From NCBI GenBank assembly GCA_964491115.1, contig CAZBEW010000001.1, positions 62,936 to 126,935 on the forward strand: a DNA stretch of 64,000 nucleotides. The letters are read 5' to 3'. The notes below the pieces were generated by a model. The model ran no database searches, was not told where the DNA came from, and was given only the letters and a program-made list of their open reading frames with translations. Both the position numbers and the translations under genes were made by a program. Source of the stretch: an uncultured Pseudomonadales bacterium. Its GTDB lineage: Bacteria; Patescibacteriota; Microgenomatia; UBA1400; PJMF01. Of this stretch, positions 29,563-40,500 are shown piece after piece (within the stretch, counting starts at the first letter, position 1; every line of letters begins with the position of its first letter).

Positions 29563-29898
29563 TTAAGCTAGAGCTTGTTCAATCATTTCCTTGTAGGCAT
29601 TTTCTCCAGGAAAACCGATTTTACGATCAAATTCTACCATTTTATTGTCTTCGCGTTTAAAGATAATTACTGTGGGAATACTCATCACATTAAATTGCCC
29701 AGCAATATCTCTGGCCTCATCAATGTCGACTTTAACAATGAGCATTTTGTCTTTATATTCATCAGCTAATTTATCCATGATTGGAGCAGCCATTTGACAA
29801 GGACCACACCACTCAGCAAAAAAATCAACTAAAACTGGAGTTTGAGCATTATCTAATGTGCTTTGAAAATTACTACTGTCTAAATGTTGTGCTGGCAT
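29563..29898 (-). CDS. trxA: thioredoxin
   Basis: WCGPC, VMSIPT; ATG after AAAGGTG. Confidence 0.97.
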   Translation of the reverse strand: MPAQHLDSSNFQSTLDNAQTPVLVDFFAEWCGPCQMAAPIMDKLADEYKDKMLIVKVDIDEARDIAGQFNVMSIPTVIIFKREDNKMVEFDRKIGFPGENAYKEMIEQALA

Positions 29899-29919
29899 AA
29901 GCACCTTTCTTTATAATAA

Positions 29920-30180
29920 TTATTTTAATAATTCTTTTAAAATTGAATTTAACTGTTTTTGCTCCCGATCATTAACGCAGCGATTAGCAGCCCCAGTTAA
30001 AACATCTCTAGAAACTCTGGCTAAAGAGTTACGCACGGCCGTAATCTGTTGAGCTATCTCAACGCAAGACCGCTCGTCCTGATACATGCGGATTAAACCA
30101 TCAACCTGACCCCGAATACGTTTTAATTGAGCAATTGTTTTATCTTCTGCATTAATGGTGATTTTATTTTTGAAAGCCAT
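29920..30180 (-). CDS. CsoR/RcnR-family transcriptional repressor (x-C-x-C, CstR-like)
   Basis: LKRIRGQV.G, C39..IAQQI.A, C68; Ala64 at the position of the Cu-binding His. Confidence 0.9.
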   Translation of the reverse strand: MAFKNKITINAEDKTIAQLKRIRGQVDGLIRMYQDERSCVEIAQQITAVRNSLARVSRDVLTGAANRCVNDREQKQLNSILKELLK

Positions 30181-30189
30181 AATTTCATT

Positions 30190-30206
30190 ATACCCTATGG
30201 GGGTAT
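30190..30206. promoter_or_regulatory. CsoR-family operator overlapping the promoter
   Basis: ATACCCTATGGGGGTAT pseudo-palindrome with C/G tracts; overlaps the - strand TATAAT (30187-30192) and the spacer to TTGCTA (30209-30214). Confidence 0.85.
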
Positions 30207-30235
30207 GTTAGCAAGAGGCAATTCTGTGGCAAAGT

Positions 30236-32044
30236 TTAGTCTTTTAGCTGTTTTTGTTTCTTAACAATTTCTTCTAATAAATCATTAACTCGCTTTTCTT
30301 CTTTCGCACTTCTTTCATTTTTATTATCTAGAGCTTGCAGTTCTAGATTAATTTTTGCAATTTCACTATGCACAATATTATGTTTGACTTGTAATAAAAT
30401 TTTATGCCATTCTTTTTTAAGATCGATATTTTCTGCATTTTTAATAAAAACAGGGTTTAATAAACATTCCATTAATATTTCTTTCAAGTCATCTGCCAGG
30501 CTTTTGCTGAATTTTTCTAAATCAAAATTATTAAGCTTGCTTGCTAGCGACTCAATAATATTACTGATTCCTGGAGTTTGGTAGTTGAGGCTTAAAACTT
30601 TTTTCACTTCTTGCTCAAACATTTCTGGCTCAAGTTTAAATAATAAAAACAATAAATATTCTTCTAAAACTTGTTGGTGTTCTTTGACTTGATCGCTTTT
30701 TGGTGCATCTTTTTTACTTGGCTTAACTGGGAAAGATTTTTTTTGCGCCACTCGTTCAATGTCTTCTTTAATCAAACTTAATTTCACATTTAGTTTTTCA
30801 GAAATTTTTTGCAAATAAAATTCTTTTTCAACTAAATGATCAATACTGGCAATAATTGGCGCCAATTCATTGATGATTTTGCGTTTGCCGTCTGGACTTT
30901 GCGCATCATGATTGGCAAAAACCACATTTAACAGAAAACTATAAACAGAGATGGATTGATTAGCTGCCTCCCGCCACAACTTGGGTTCGAAGCGAGCAAA
31001 ATCATCTGGATCTTTAAGATTCTCTGTTTTAGCCAACTTTTTTAAACTTGGAAAGTCGATCACTCTTAAATCAACATCTTTATCCTTAATTAAAGTAATA
31101 GCTCTTTTGCTAGCTTCAATACCAGCATTATCTTGATCAAAAGCTAGGATAATTGTTTGCGCTGCCCGCGATAGCAAATCAATTTGATCACTAGTCAAAG
31201 CACTGCCCTTGATTGCCACCACATAGTTAAGATGTGCCTGAGCAGAAGAAATAACATCGAATTCACCCTCAACCACCAACACCTTATTGCTTTTTCTAAT
31301 CTCTCGGAACAACTCACTGTAGCCAAAAAGTAATTTTGATTTATGGTATAGGATCGTTTCTGGACTGTTAATATATTTAGCTTCCTTGGCTTGCTGATCC
31401 AATAAGCGACCAGAAAAACCAACTACTTGGCCACGATGATTTTTCAAAGGAAACATTAAGCGTCCGCGAAAACGATCATAATAGCGACCATCATTACCCT
31501 TAATAATTAAGCCTGTTTTAGCAATTAAACCTAAAGGATATTTCTTTTTTTTGTGCAAATAATTGATGAGCCCATCCCAGCTGGCTAAAGAATAACCCAA
31601 GTTAAACAATTTAATTGACTGATTGTTAACTGCCCGATCTTTTAGATATTTTAAAGCTACTTGGCCGGCACGATGCTCAGTCAATAAAAAGTGATAATAT
31701 TCCTTGCTTAAATTTAAAATCGCTAATAATTGTTCCCGCTCTTCATCTTCACTAGTACGGTTAAAATCTTTGAGGGTAATGGCTGCTCGATCAGCTAAAA
31801 ATTTTAAAGCTTCATAAAAAGTCATCCCGTCATAATTTTGTAAGAAATTTAAGACATCTCCTGATTCTCCACAACCAAAACAGCGATAACGTTGCATTTC
31901 AGGATGAACAAAAAACGAGGGGGTTTTTTCATTATGGAAAGGACAGCGAGCCCTAAAACTGCTGCCAGAGGCTTTTAAATCAATTCTTTCCCCGATAATT
32001 TCAACAATATTATTCGCGTCTTTAACATCTTGAATTTGTGACAT
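30236..32044 (-). CDS. dnaG: DNA primase
   Basis: CPFH.EKTPSF..., CFGC, DRFRGRLMFP, KYINSPET, VEGEFD, FDQDNAG; start moved to MSQIQ. Confidence 0.97.
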   Translation of the reverse strand: MSQIQDVKDANNIVEIIGERIDLKASGSSFRARCPFHNEKTPSFFVHPEMQRYRCFGCGESGDVLNFLQNYDGMTFYEALKFLADRAAITLKDFNRTSEDEEREQLLAILNLSKEYYHFLLTEHRAGQVALKYLKDRAVNNQSIKLFNLGYSLASWDGLINYLHKKKKYPLGLIAKTGLIIKGNDGRYYDRFRGRLMFPLKNHRGQVVGFSGRLLDQQAKEAKYINSPETILYHKSKLLFGYSELFREIRKSNKVLVVEGEFDVISSAQAHLNYVVAIKGSALTSDQIDLLSRAAQTIILAFDQDNAGIEASKRAITLIKDKDVDLRVIDFPSLKKLAKTENLKDPDDFARFEPKLWREAANQSISVYSFLLNVVFANHDAQSPDGKRKIINELAPIIASIDHLVEKEFYLQKISEKLNVKLSLIKEDIERVAQKKSFPVKPSKKDAPKSDQVKEHQQVLEEYLLFLLFKLEPEMFEQEVKKVLSLNYQTPGISNIIESLASKLNNFDLEKFSKSLADDLKEILMECLLNPVFIKNAENIDLKKEWHKILLQVKHNIVHSEIAKINLELQALDNKNERSAKEEKRVNDLLEEIVKKQKQLKD

Positions 32045-32108
32045 CTCTAGGAGTAAAATATACTGTTTATAAATAAAAGTCAATTATAATACAGGTATAA
32101 TACAGAAA

Positions 32109-32759
32109 ATGTTAATTCATACTTGTTGCGCCGATTGTTTTCTCAAGCTCTATCAATCTTTGAGCGAGGAAACGCAAGCAACTGTGCAGATATTTTTTTA
32201 TAATCCCAATATTTACCCTAGAGAAGAACATCAAGCTCGATTATTAGCCATTAAAAAAGTTGTGAAAAGTCTAAATCAAGACATTAAAATTATTGTCGCC
32301 AATTATCAACCTCAAGACTATTTTCAAACTATCAAAAAATTAAAGGATAATCCTGAAAATCGTGATGCTTCTAAAAATCGTGAAAGTCTGAAAAATGGTG
32401 AAGGTTTGAAAAATCGTGAAAACTGTGAAAACAAAAGTGCCGACGATCGTTTCACGATCATTTCACGACAAAAACGCTGCCCACTATGTTGGGAGCTCAG
32501 GCTTAGAGCCCTCTTTGAAAGAGCTCAGGCAGAAAAAATTTCTCTAGTTAGTTCAACTTTATTCAGCAGCAACTATCAAGATTTAGACAAAGTGAAATTG
32601 ATTGCCCAAAAATTAAGTCGAGAATATCAAATTGATTTTTATGTCCCAAAAATTGATCAAGCGATGCGAGATCACTCCCATCGCGGTTTTTATAAACAAA
32701 ATTATTGTGGCTGTCTTTATTCCTTGCTGGAGAAAAGTCGTGAAAAATATGATGTTTAA
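32109..32759 (+). CDS. queH: epoxyqueuosine reductase QueH (DUF208)
   Basis: HTCCADC, FYNPNI.P..E, RC..C...RL, YKQNYCGC.YS. Confidence 0.9.
   Translation: MLIHTCCADCFLKLYQSLSEETQATVQIFFYNPNIYPREEHQARLLAIKKVVKSLNQDIKIIVANYQPQDYFQTIKKLKDNPENRDASKNRESLKNGEGLKNRENCENKSADDRFTIISRQKRCPLCWELRLRALFERAQAEKISLVSSTLFSSNYQDLDKVKLIAQKLSREYQIDFYVPKIDQAMRDHSHRGFYKQNYCGCLYSLLEKSREKYDV
32354..32431. repeat. 18-bp degenerate tandem repeat inside queH
   Basis: 4 units with core aaaat(c/g)gtga, encoding ENRDAS KNRESL KNGEGL KNRENC. Confidence 0.75.
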
Positions 32760-32818
32760 TCGAGCATTAATCTAATTTTTTGCGAATCAGACACAATATT
32801 ATTCAAGCTCAGCAGGTT

Positions 32819-33889
32819 TTAATCAAGCTCTGTTAAGCGCAAACTAGTAATTCCCTCTTGGCTCATTTCAATAATTTGCTCATCAATGTGGTAGCTCCAT
32901 AATAATTGCTTGGGATCATAAGTGAACTTAATTTTTAATACTAAGCCCTCTTGAGTTTCTTTGGAAAAATATTGATCAAAAACAAAATTGCCCAAAGAAT
33001 AATAAATAGTTTTATTTTGATAAACTTCTTTATTTTGTATGACATGAGGATGGCCACCAATAATTAAATCAACTCCTGCGTCAATAAATTCATGAGCCAA
33101 ATTAACAATAACCTGATTGGCTTCTGGAACATATTCATTACCCCAGTGAGTAAATAATATAATCAGGCTGGCTCCTTGATTTTTCGCTGTCAAGATAGCT
33201 GCTAAAGCCCGATTTTTACTGCCGCTAACAAATTGGTTATAACTAATCAGCGCAATTTTTTGCTCAAAAATATCTAAGTAGTAAAAATTTTCTTCACTGC
33301 TTTCTTCACCCACATCTCCAAAAGAAATCAGATTGGCATCAGCCAAATATTGACGCGTACTCATCAAGCCTTTTTGAGCAAAATTTAAGATGTGATTATT
33401 GCCTAAATTAAGCAGGGTTAAATTATTCTTTTTTAAAACGGGAATAATGGCTGGTGAAAAAGTAAAAGTGAAGTTGCCAGGACCACCGGGAATGGTATTT
33501 TGACTAATTGAATTCTCTAAGGTAATTGGCCCTTCTAAATTAGCCAAAGCGTAATCAGCACTATTCAAATAATTAGTCAGTTTTTGATCAAAAATGAAAT
33601 CATAGTTGCCTTGAGCTTCAGCCTTGCTGCGAATATGCCGATCAAACATTAGGTCTCCGCCGACTGCCAAAGTAAAACTTTGAGGCGTGGGAGTGGGAGA
33701 AGGTGCTTTTCTGAGCAGTTCTGGAGCGGACGGCGCCTGGCTAGGTTGGTTGTTTGTTGAATTGAATTGCTCTCTAAACTGGCTAAAGTTTAAAAAACTA
33801 AACAAATATGCCAAGGACAAGAGGGAAACGATAATTAGCAAAGATAAATATATTTTTTTATGCAGATAAAGATATTCTAACCGACACAA
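32819..33889 (-). CDS. CapA/PgsA-family metallophosphoesterase
   Basis: GDLMFDR, ANLEGP, LGNNH, HWG.EY, GGHPHV, YSLGNFVFDQ; N-terminal TM; exact start uncertain. Confidence 0.92.
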   Translation of the reverse strand: MCRLEYLYLHKKIYLSLLIIVSLLSLAYLFSFLNFSQFREQFNSTNNQPSQAPSAPELLRKAPSPTPTPQSFTLAVGGDLMFDRHIRSKAEAQGNYDFIFDQKLTNYLNSADYALANLEGPITLENSISQNTIPGGPGNFTFTFSPAIIPVLKKNNLTLLNLGNNHILNFAQKGLMSTRQYLADANLISFGDVGEESSEENFYYLDIFEQKIALISYNQFVSGSKNRALAAILTAKNQGASLIILFTHWGNEYVPEANQVIVNLAHEFIDAGVDLIIGGHPHVIQNKEVYQNKTIYYSLGNFVFDQYFSKETQEGLVLKIKFTYDPKQLLWSYHIDEQIIEMSQEGITSLRLTELD

Positions 33890-33981
33890 GCCCGATTAGC
33901 TAATACTAAGGGACACAAATATATTTAAGTGCAGGCCAATCTATTTAGTAGTGAATTAATCTGTCTGTTGGGGCGATCTAT

Positions 33982-34971
33982 TTAGTAGTGAATTAATCTA
34001 TCCAATAAAGTATAGAAAGACACGCCATGAAGCTCTAAAATGCTGCCAATGGCACAGCTGCCACTTGGACCAAGAGCGGGATTAACGTTGACATCAATCA
34101 GATAATGACGACCAGCCTCATCAAGCCGAAAGTCAAATTTGGCATAGTCCTCAATTTTTAGAATATTAAAAGCGGTTTTAGCCGCTTTTTTAACTGATTC
34201 TGGCAATTCATACTTTTCATAAGTAATGGTTTTTTCTTCAGTTATCCAGTTGTCATCAAAAGTGACAATTTTGCCAAAAGGATCCTCGTTTGCTCGATGG
34301 AAGATTTTTTCAGCCGCGTAAATTTTTTTATTACCACCATCGACAAGCACCACAGTAATTTCTCGACCAGCTATAAATTCCTCTAATAAAATTGGCTGCT
34401 GATAGGTGTTGTACAAATAATTAATTTGCTGATCAGCCATTTTTTCATCAAAACAGACTGAGGCCTGCGACACCTCCAAAGAGCCATGATTTTCATTAAG
34501 TTTAACAAATAAAGGGTAATCTAATTCTTCATCAACCTCATCTGTCGAATGTCTAACTAATTGGTATTTAGGCGTGGTCACGCCATATTGCTCTAAGAGA
34601 GATTTGGTTAAATACTTATTGGCATTAATAGAAGTGGCCAGCATACCGCTGCCGGTATAAGATATTTGTAATAGCTCGAGGGTGGCTGGAATAGTACCAG
34701 CTAAATATTCTTGACCATAAACACTGTCCACCAAATTGATAACTTTGTCTGGCTTATATTCAAGCAAAGTATTGTGTAATTGAGCGTTGCCTGGAAAAGT
34801 TTCTACCTGATAACCCTTGCTTCTTAAGATTTCGGCAATTAATTGAGCGCGGCCTTTGACTTCTACTTCGGTAATATAAATTTCTTCAGTTGGAAAATAT
34901 TCGCGCTTGGCGTCAGAATACAAAATAGCAATCTTGTTAATTTTTGGTTTAACTTTAATGTTTAATGACAT
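33982..34971 (-). CDS. D-Ala-D-Ala-ligase-like ATP-grasp protein
   Basis: YTGSG, NKYLTK, PLFVK...HGS, EEFIAGREIT, DFRLD, DVNVNP. Confidence 0.85.
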   Translation of the reverse strand: MSLNIKVKPKINKIAILYSDAKREYFPTEEIYITEVEVKGRAQLIAEILRSKGYQVETFPGNAQLHNTLLEYKPDKVINLVDSVYGQEYLAGTIPATLELLQISYTGSGMLATSINANKYLTKSLLEQYGVTTPKYQLVRHSTDEVDEELDYPLFVKLNENHGSLEVSQASVCFDEKMADQQINYLYNTYQQPILLEEFIAGREITVVLVDGGNKKIYAAEKIFHRANEDPFGKIVTFDDNWITEEKTITYEKYELPESVKKAAKTAFNILKIEDYAKFDFRLDEAGRHYLIDVNVNPALGPSGSCAIGSILELHGVSFYTLLDRLIHY

Positions 34972-35050
34972 TGTGCAAATGTTAATTATAAGCTAAAGAT
35001 TTTATTATAAAATAGGATTAATGCTAGAGTTAATGGTACAATAGGAGATT

Positions 35051-35401
35051 ATGAAAAAAAATAACACAAAAATAACTGCCGAAACATCACTTAAAGTACC
35101 AGTTTCAGGCTTTTTCGATTTTATTAGAGAACAAGGAGTGGTTGGTTTAGCCGTCGGTTTTATTTTAGGTGGCTCAATTCGCTCAGTGGTTGATTCAATC
35201 GTGGTCGATATAATTAATCCTCTTTTGGGACTGCTGCTAGGGAAAGTTGACTTTTCTCAAGCTGTCTGGCAAATTGGTTCAGCTAAAATTGTCTGGGGAA
35301 ACTTCGTCACTGCGTTGATTAACTTCACCATTGTCTCTGCCGTTGTTTACTTTGGAGTTAAAGGCTTGGGCTTGGAAAAACTAGATAAGAAAAAGAAATA
35401 A
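35051..35401 (+). CDS. mscL: large-conductance mechanosensitive channel
   Basis: F..FI...VVGLAVGFILG, V.DIINPL, WGNFVTALINF. Confidence 0.9.
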   Translation: MKKNNTKITAETSLKVPVSGFFDFIREQGVVGLAVGFILGGSIRSVVDSIVVDIINPLLGLLLGKVDFSQAVWQIGSAKIVWGNFVTALINFTIVSAVVYFGVKGLGLEKLDKKKK

Positions 35402-35412
35402 ACAGTGGGTAA

Positions 35413-37557
35413 TTACCCTGTTTTTTGTTTAGCGTAGCGTTCTCGACTACTGCGAATTACTTTGTCTCGGTTTTGGTTTTTGCTACTGGCTAATCTTAGC
35501 GTGTAAGCTGGAAATGGCCGACTCAAAACATTATCAATAGAAATCTTGTTAATAATTTGGTATTTGCCCAAATTAACTAAATCATCTTGAGTATAGAGTC
35601 CCCCATATTCAGCTTGAAAATAATTGGCATCACCAGCTCCCATCACAAAACTAATAATATTGCCACAGTTACCAAAAATAGCGTTACGCACTTCTTCAGG
35701 AATTTGATCAATATATTGGTTGGCCAAAATTAAATTGAGTCGATATTTTCTCGCTTCAGATAAAATTTTGACAAAAGCATCGGTGGCAAAATTTTGAAAT
35801 TCATCGACATATAAATAAAAATCACGACGCTCTTCTTCATCGGTGTTGACTCTAGCCATCGCTGCCAATTGAATTTTAGTAATCATCATCGCGCCCAACA
35901 AGGTGGCATTGTCCTCACCCAAGCGCCCCTGAGACAAATTAATTAACAAAATTTTGCCCTCGTTCATTAATTTTTCAATGCTAAAAGATGATTGAGTGGT
36001 ATTAACCACATTGCGCACCAGCGGTGAAGAAACAAATTGACCAACCTTATTCAGAATTGAGGCAATTTGCTCTTGGCGTTGGCGATCACTCATTTTGTTA
36101 TATTCATTGACCCAAAAATTCTTTAAAATTGGATCATCGAGTTGGCTGACGACTTGCTCACGAAATTTTTCATTGGTTAATAAATCTAAAACATCTGACA
36201 GCTTGGCCTGCTCACTTTTTAATAAAGTCAGTAAACAATTGCGTAAAATATATTCAAGTCTTGGTCCCCAAGAATAACCATATAATTTCTTAAAAACTGA
36301 AATAATTCCAGAAGCAATCAGCTCCCGATGAGCTACATTTTCTCCCTCAAATAAATTAATCTGCACCGTGCGCTCTTGATCAGCTGGATCAAAGTAAATA
36401 ACATCATTAATCCTGTGCTTAGGAATATAATCCAATAAAGTTTCCACCAAATCCCCGTGGGGATCAATCACGCATAAACCCTTATTGTGTTTTAAGTCAT
36501 TAATGGCCATATTAGCCAGTAAAGTTGATTTACCAGTGCCAGTCTTACCAATGACATAAACATGACGACGTCGATCAGCATCAGTTAAGCCGTATTTACT
36601 TGTTTGATTTTTATAATTGGTTTCAGCAATAATATTAATCTTATTTTTGCTTTCTTCAGAACTGTTAATGTTGATGATTGGCAAATTGTCTGGAGCCTCA
36701 CCAAGAATTTTTTTACCCCAAGAAATATTATTAATATTACTCAGTTTTTGATTGGGAAAATGATAGATAGTTGCTAATTCATCGACACTCAGGGTCAGTG
36801 CTGGCACCAAGTTAAAGCTGCGATTTTTCATGCTTTTGATAAAGCAGTTTTTGAGAAAGAGACGTTTTGAGAAAAGTAATTCATTGCTTTCACTTCTAGA
36901 AGTGGCTTGATAAGCGGCAGCAATATTGCTCAATAAGAGTTGGCTTTTTTGACGATTGTCAGTGGCTACCGCAATTTTAAAAGCGGCTCTTAATTGCCTT
37001 TGTTCCAGTTTTTGCTTGATTAGTTGTTGCTGAGGGTGCTCGGCCAATTCTTCAGTTGATGGAGTTTGATCTATAGAAAAGAAAGGAAAATCAGTGGCTA
37101 ATAGCAATTGAATTAAAATCGTGTCCTCTCCCTCGTTTTTTGATAAAGTCGACATTAAAGTCGCTAAAGGATCAATATCTACAAAATCATGATGGGTTTT
37201 GAGTGGTAAATAATGACGATTTTTTAATCTAAAACTGGAAATAGCTAGTTGGCGATTTTCGAGTAAAAAATAATCAACTGGGTCAGAATCCATTTCTTCA
37301 ATGACGGCTTTGGGATAGCTGGCATGAATTGCTCCCTTAAAATAGGCTAAAAGTCGGACAGGCACGTTGATTAAAAAATGAATACTTTGCTCGCGCACTA
37401 GGATTTCAAAACTCAATCTTTCGTTTTTTCCCAATAATTTCTCAAACAAGTTGTTTTTAAGTTTTGGCAAAGTAGATAATAACTGCACTGCTGCCTCTGC
37501 AGTTTCTTCACCATCCTTGCTGGTTTTGATTTTGAGTAAGATATGATTTTTTGGCAC
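35413..37557 (-). CDS. VirB4/TraG/HerA-like (DUF87) ATPase
   Basis: DRRRHVYVIGKTGTGKS, IDPHGDL, YVDEFQNF, LSEARKY.L.L.LANQY; start moved to GTG 37557 (TATACT 6 nt upstream, removes the overlap). Confidence 0.9.
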   Translation of the reverse strand: MPKNHILLKIKTSKDGEETAEAAVQLLSTLPKLKNNLFEKLLGKNERLSFEILVREQSIHFLINVPVRLLAYFKGAIHASYPKAVIEEMDSDPVDYFLLENRQLAISSFRLKNRHYLPLKTHHDFVDIDPLATLMSTLSKNEGEDTILIQLLLATDFPFFSIDQTPSTEELAEHPQQQLIKQKLEQRQLRAAFKIAVATDNRQKSQLLLSNIAAAYQATSRSESNELLFSKRLFLKNCFIKSMKNRSFNLVPALTLSVDELATIYHFPNQKLSNINNISWGKKILGEAPDNLPIININSSEESKNKINIIAETNYKNQTSKYGLTDADRRRHVYVIGKTGTGKSTLLANMAINDLKHNKGLCVIDPHGDLVETLLDYIPKHRINDVIYFDPADQERTVQINLFEGENVAHRELIASGIISVFKKLYGYSWGPRLEYILRNCLLTLLKSEQAKLSDVLDLLTNEKFREQVVSQLDDPILKNFWVNEYNKMSDRQRQEQIASILNKVGQFVSSPLVRNVVNTTQSSFSIEKLMNEGKILLINLSQGRLGEDNATLLGAMMITKIQLAAMARVNTDEEERRDFYLYVDEFQNFATDAFVKILSEARKYRLNLILANQYIDQIPEEVRNAIFGNCGNIISFVMGAGDANYFQAEYGGLYTQDDLVNLGKYQIINKISIDNVLSRPFPAYTLRLASSKNQNRDKVIRSSRERYAKQKTG

Positions 37558-37574
37558 GTTTTCAGTATAACAAA

Positions 37575-40500
37575 TTATAATGAGCTTTTTTTCTCCAAAC
37601 GAAGTGCTCGATTTTTTTGCCATTTAGCTAGCAAAATTATTAACAAAGGCATTAAGAGCACCAGTCCCCCCAATTCTAAAAGTTGAGGCCAATAAACAAT
37701 ATAAATCTGACTATTATCGGTTGGTTTATTGATCACCCAGGCATTAGCCCAATTACTTAATTTATGATGTTCTAATTTTTGCCCATCTTGATAAGCGACC
37801 CAAGCAGGATCAAAAGCTTGAGATAGACTTAAGTATTTTGTTTGACAATTAGACGATAAATTAACTTGATAGAGCCAGAAAGCTCTTTTTTGCACAGTAA
37901 AATCACAAGCGCTAGGCTGTTCTTGAAAAACTTGAGCAGTAGCATTTCGCCATGATAAATTTTTCAAGAAATTATATGGCCAAAAAAATACTTCAAGTGA
38001 TTCAATCAGATCTTCATTTAGCTCTCGTCCATAAGAGTCAATTGAGAAATACAAGGTGTAAGCTTGATTAAAATCTTCGGTTGGTGGTAAAACTTGATAG
38101 TTGATTCCTTCGCTTAAATAAGTTTCGATGGGACTGCGACCCGAGCTATCTGATTGCACAGCAAAAACAGCGGGTAGACTAGCTAAATTCTTTGCCTCAA
38201 GCCTGATTAAATAGCCTAAATCGTGCTTTAAATTGGCCAAGGGGAAATGATCGCAGATGCTGGTGCCAACTGCCTGATAAAAAGTACCTTCAGCCCACTG
38301 TTCCTTAGCCACAGAACCTCCTTGTAATGGTCGACAATCAACTGGTTCAAAAACATTTTTCTCGCTCGTCATCAGATTACTTTGCAAAATTACTCGGGGA
38401 ATTTTCACTAATAATTGCTCAGTTCCTTGATGGGATTCTTGCTCAACCCGCTTAGTTTGCTCAACCTGCTCAACTTGCACATTAAACAAATTTAAATCAA
38501 AAAAAGCATAGTCAAAATAAGCAGTACTTTGCTCGCTACTTAAGGCTATCGTGTTAGAAACGCTGGTGTTGAGCAATAAATCAATTTGGCCACTGTTTTC
38601 CAGCTGAGCAATTAAGTGATTGTTAATATTTAGATAACAGGCCTCGCTAGCTAAACATAAATGAGCATCAAAAACAAAATCTTTTTCTAAAGTAAAATTT
38701 GTTATTTGGTCTTGCTCAATAATTTCTGGAGCTAACAAACTAAAATTGAGTTGAGCCTCACCATTTTCCACCAACCAAGTTAAACGAAAAGGCAAGTCTT
38801 TTTCACTTTTAAGTAAGTCTGCAAAGTGCAATTGAAAGTCGGTGCTGGGGCTAGCTTTCAAGCTAGTAAGATAAAAATAATGCTCATCTTCACTTAAAGA
38901 AAATTCAAGGTTTTTTTGCAGATGATTGCTAAATAATGCTGGAAAAGGATAAATAAAATCAGGATTAATAGAAGCGGCTCGCTGCTCAGTAAGCAGCTGA
39001 TCATCAATACTTAAATAATGAGACAAATCAGCAAAAGCCTGATCAAGCCAACTAAAGCGATAATTATTTATCACTCTAGGTAAATCATCATACAAGCTAA
39101 TGAATTCTTGACGAGCCTGGTGCGGCTGTTTTTTGACTTGATAAATGCTTAAAAAGTCATATTGTTCAAGCAAGTGAATATTAGTCGAACTTTGTAAAAA
39201 ATCACTTATAGCCTGGTAATTAAAGGGTTTTTTGGTATTACGATTAATAATTGATTCATCCAAGATTAAATAGTCAACATCGTATTGGGCGAAGACATTT
39301 TCTAGGGCAACAATATCTTGTCGATCGAGGGCCAACTGCAATTGCCAGTAATATCGTTCACTGGCTTCGCTCCAAACATCGAAAGCTCGATCTAAAATAG
39401 GCTGTTTAATACCATACCAAATAAATCCAGAGCCACGATAACCCCAATCATTCCATTGCCAACCATAAAAAGTATGCTGAGGTAAATTAGCGATGCGGCT
39501 GCTCGCTGGAGCTTGATCTTTAAAATAATCAAAAAGTTGAAAATAGGCATCGGGAATATTTATTCGTAAACGCGAATAGAAAAAATTACCAGTAAAACTT
39601 GGCCATGAATAATACAACAAGGACAGGAAAAACAAGCCAGACAAAATAAATTGCCAAACCCTCTTCTTTAATAAAGAAAAAAGCCAAGCCAAGCCAAAAG
39701 TCAGCAACAAACTATAAAAAAGACTGTAGGGCACAATCCATTTGGTGAAAGCTGAGCGAAATATTTGGCCAAACAAAGGCAAATATTGGCGTAAAAAATC
39801 ATAAAGAAAAGCCAAGGGTGGATTAGAACCTGCCAAAATAAAAACTGTAAACAAAAAAACCAGCAGAATGGCTAAATGACTGTGAGCTAAAAATGATTTA
39901 TTTTTTTTGCTGAAAATTAATAATCCCAAACCCAAAAGCAATAATAAAAAATAGAGCCAGCTTACAATAATAACGCCTGGTTGATGAAAGTGAGTTTTCC
40001 ACACATCCATCAGGTAAACACTATTTCCCCATTGATTAAAGTCTGTGTAATCAAGCCAAAAACCCTTGAGAGTGGCTAAATTAGCAAAACTACCAAATTG
40101 ATTATTTTTTAAGAAAGTTACCTCAGTAGACATCAGGTTAATTTTGGCATCGACGGTGGTGTTACTGGCAAAAATTGTAAAATAAATGACAGGTAATAGC
40201 CAAAAAGCATTGCTTAAAAAGACTATTAATAAAACTAGGGCAAATTTTTTCCAAGTAATTTTTTTCTTGAGTAGAAAAAAAACCATAATAATCAATAAAA
40301 TTAACAAATAAACAATGAAGACCGTTTGGACGTAAGCAAAAATGCTCCCCAAAAGAGAAAACAAGATAAACAATAATAAGTTTTTTTTAGTCGATTGTTC
40401 TAGATAGCTTAAAAAGTAATAAATTAACCATGGGAAAAAAGCAAAAAAAGCGGCAAAAGGCTCAAAAGTGACATAAAAATTTTGCACTGTGCCCAAGTTT

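Noticed and set aside
35413-37557. Conjugative element around the VirB4/TraG-like ATPase
   Set aside because: No relaxase, integrase, other T4SS genes or att repeats seen
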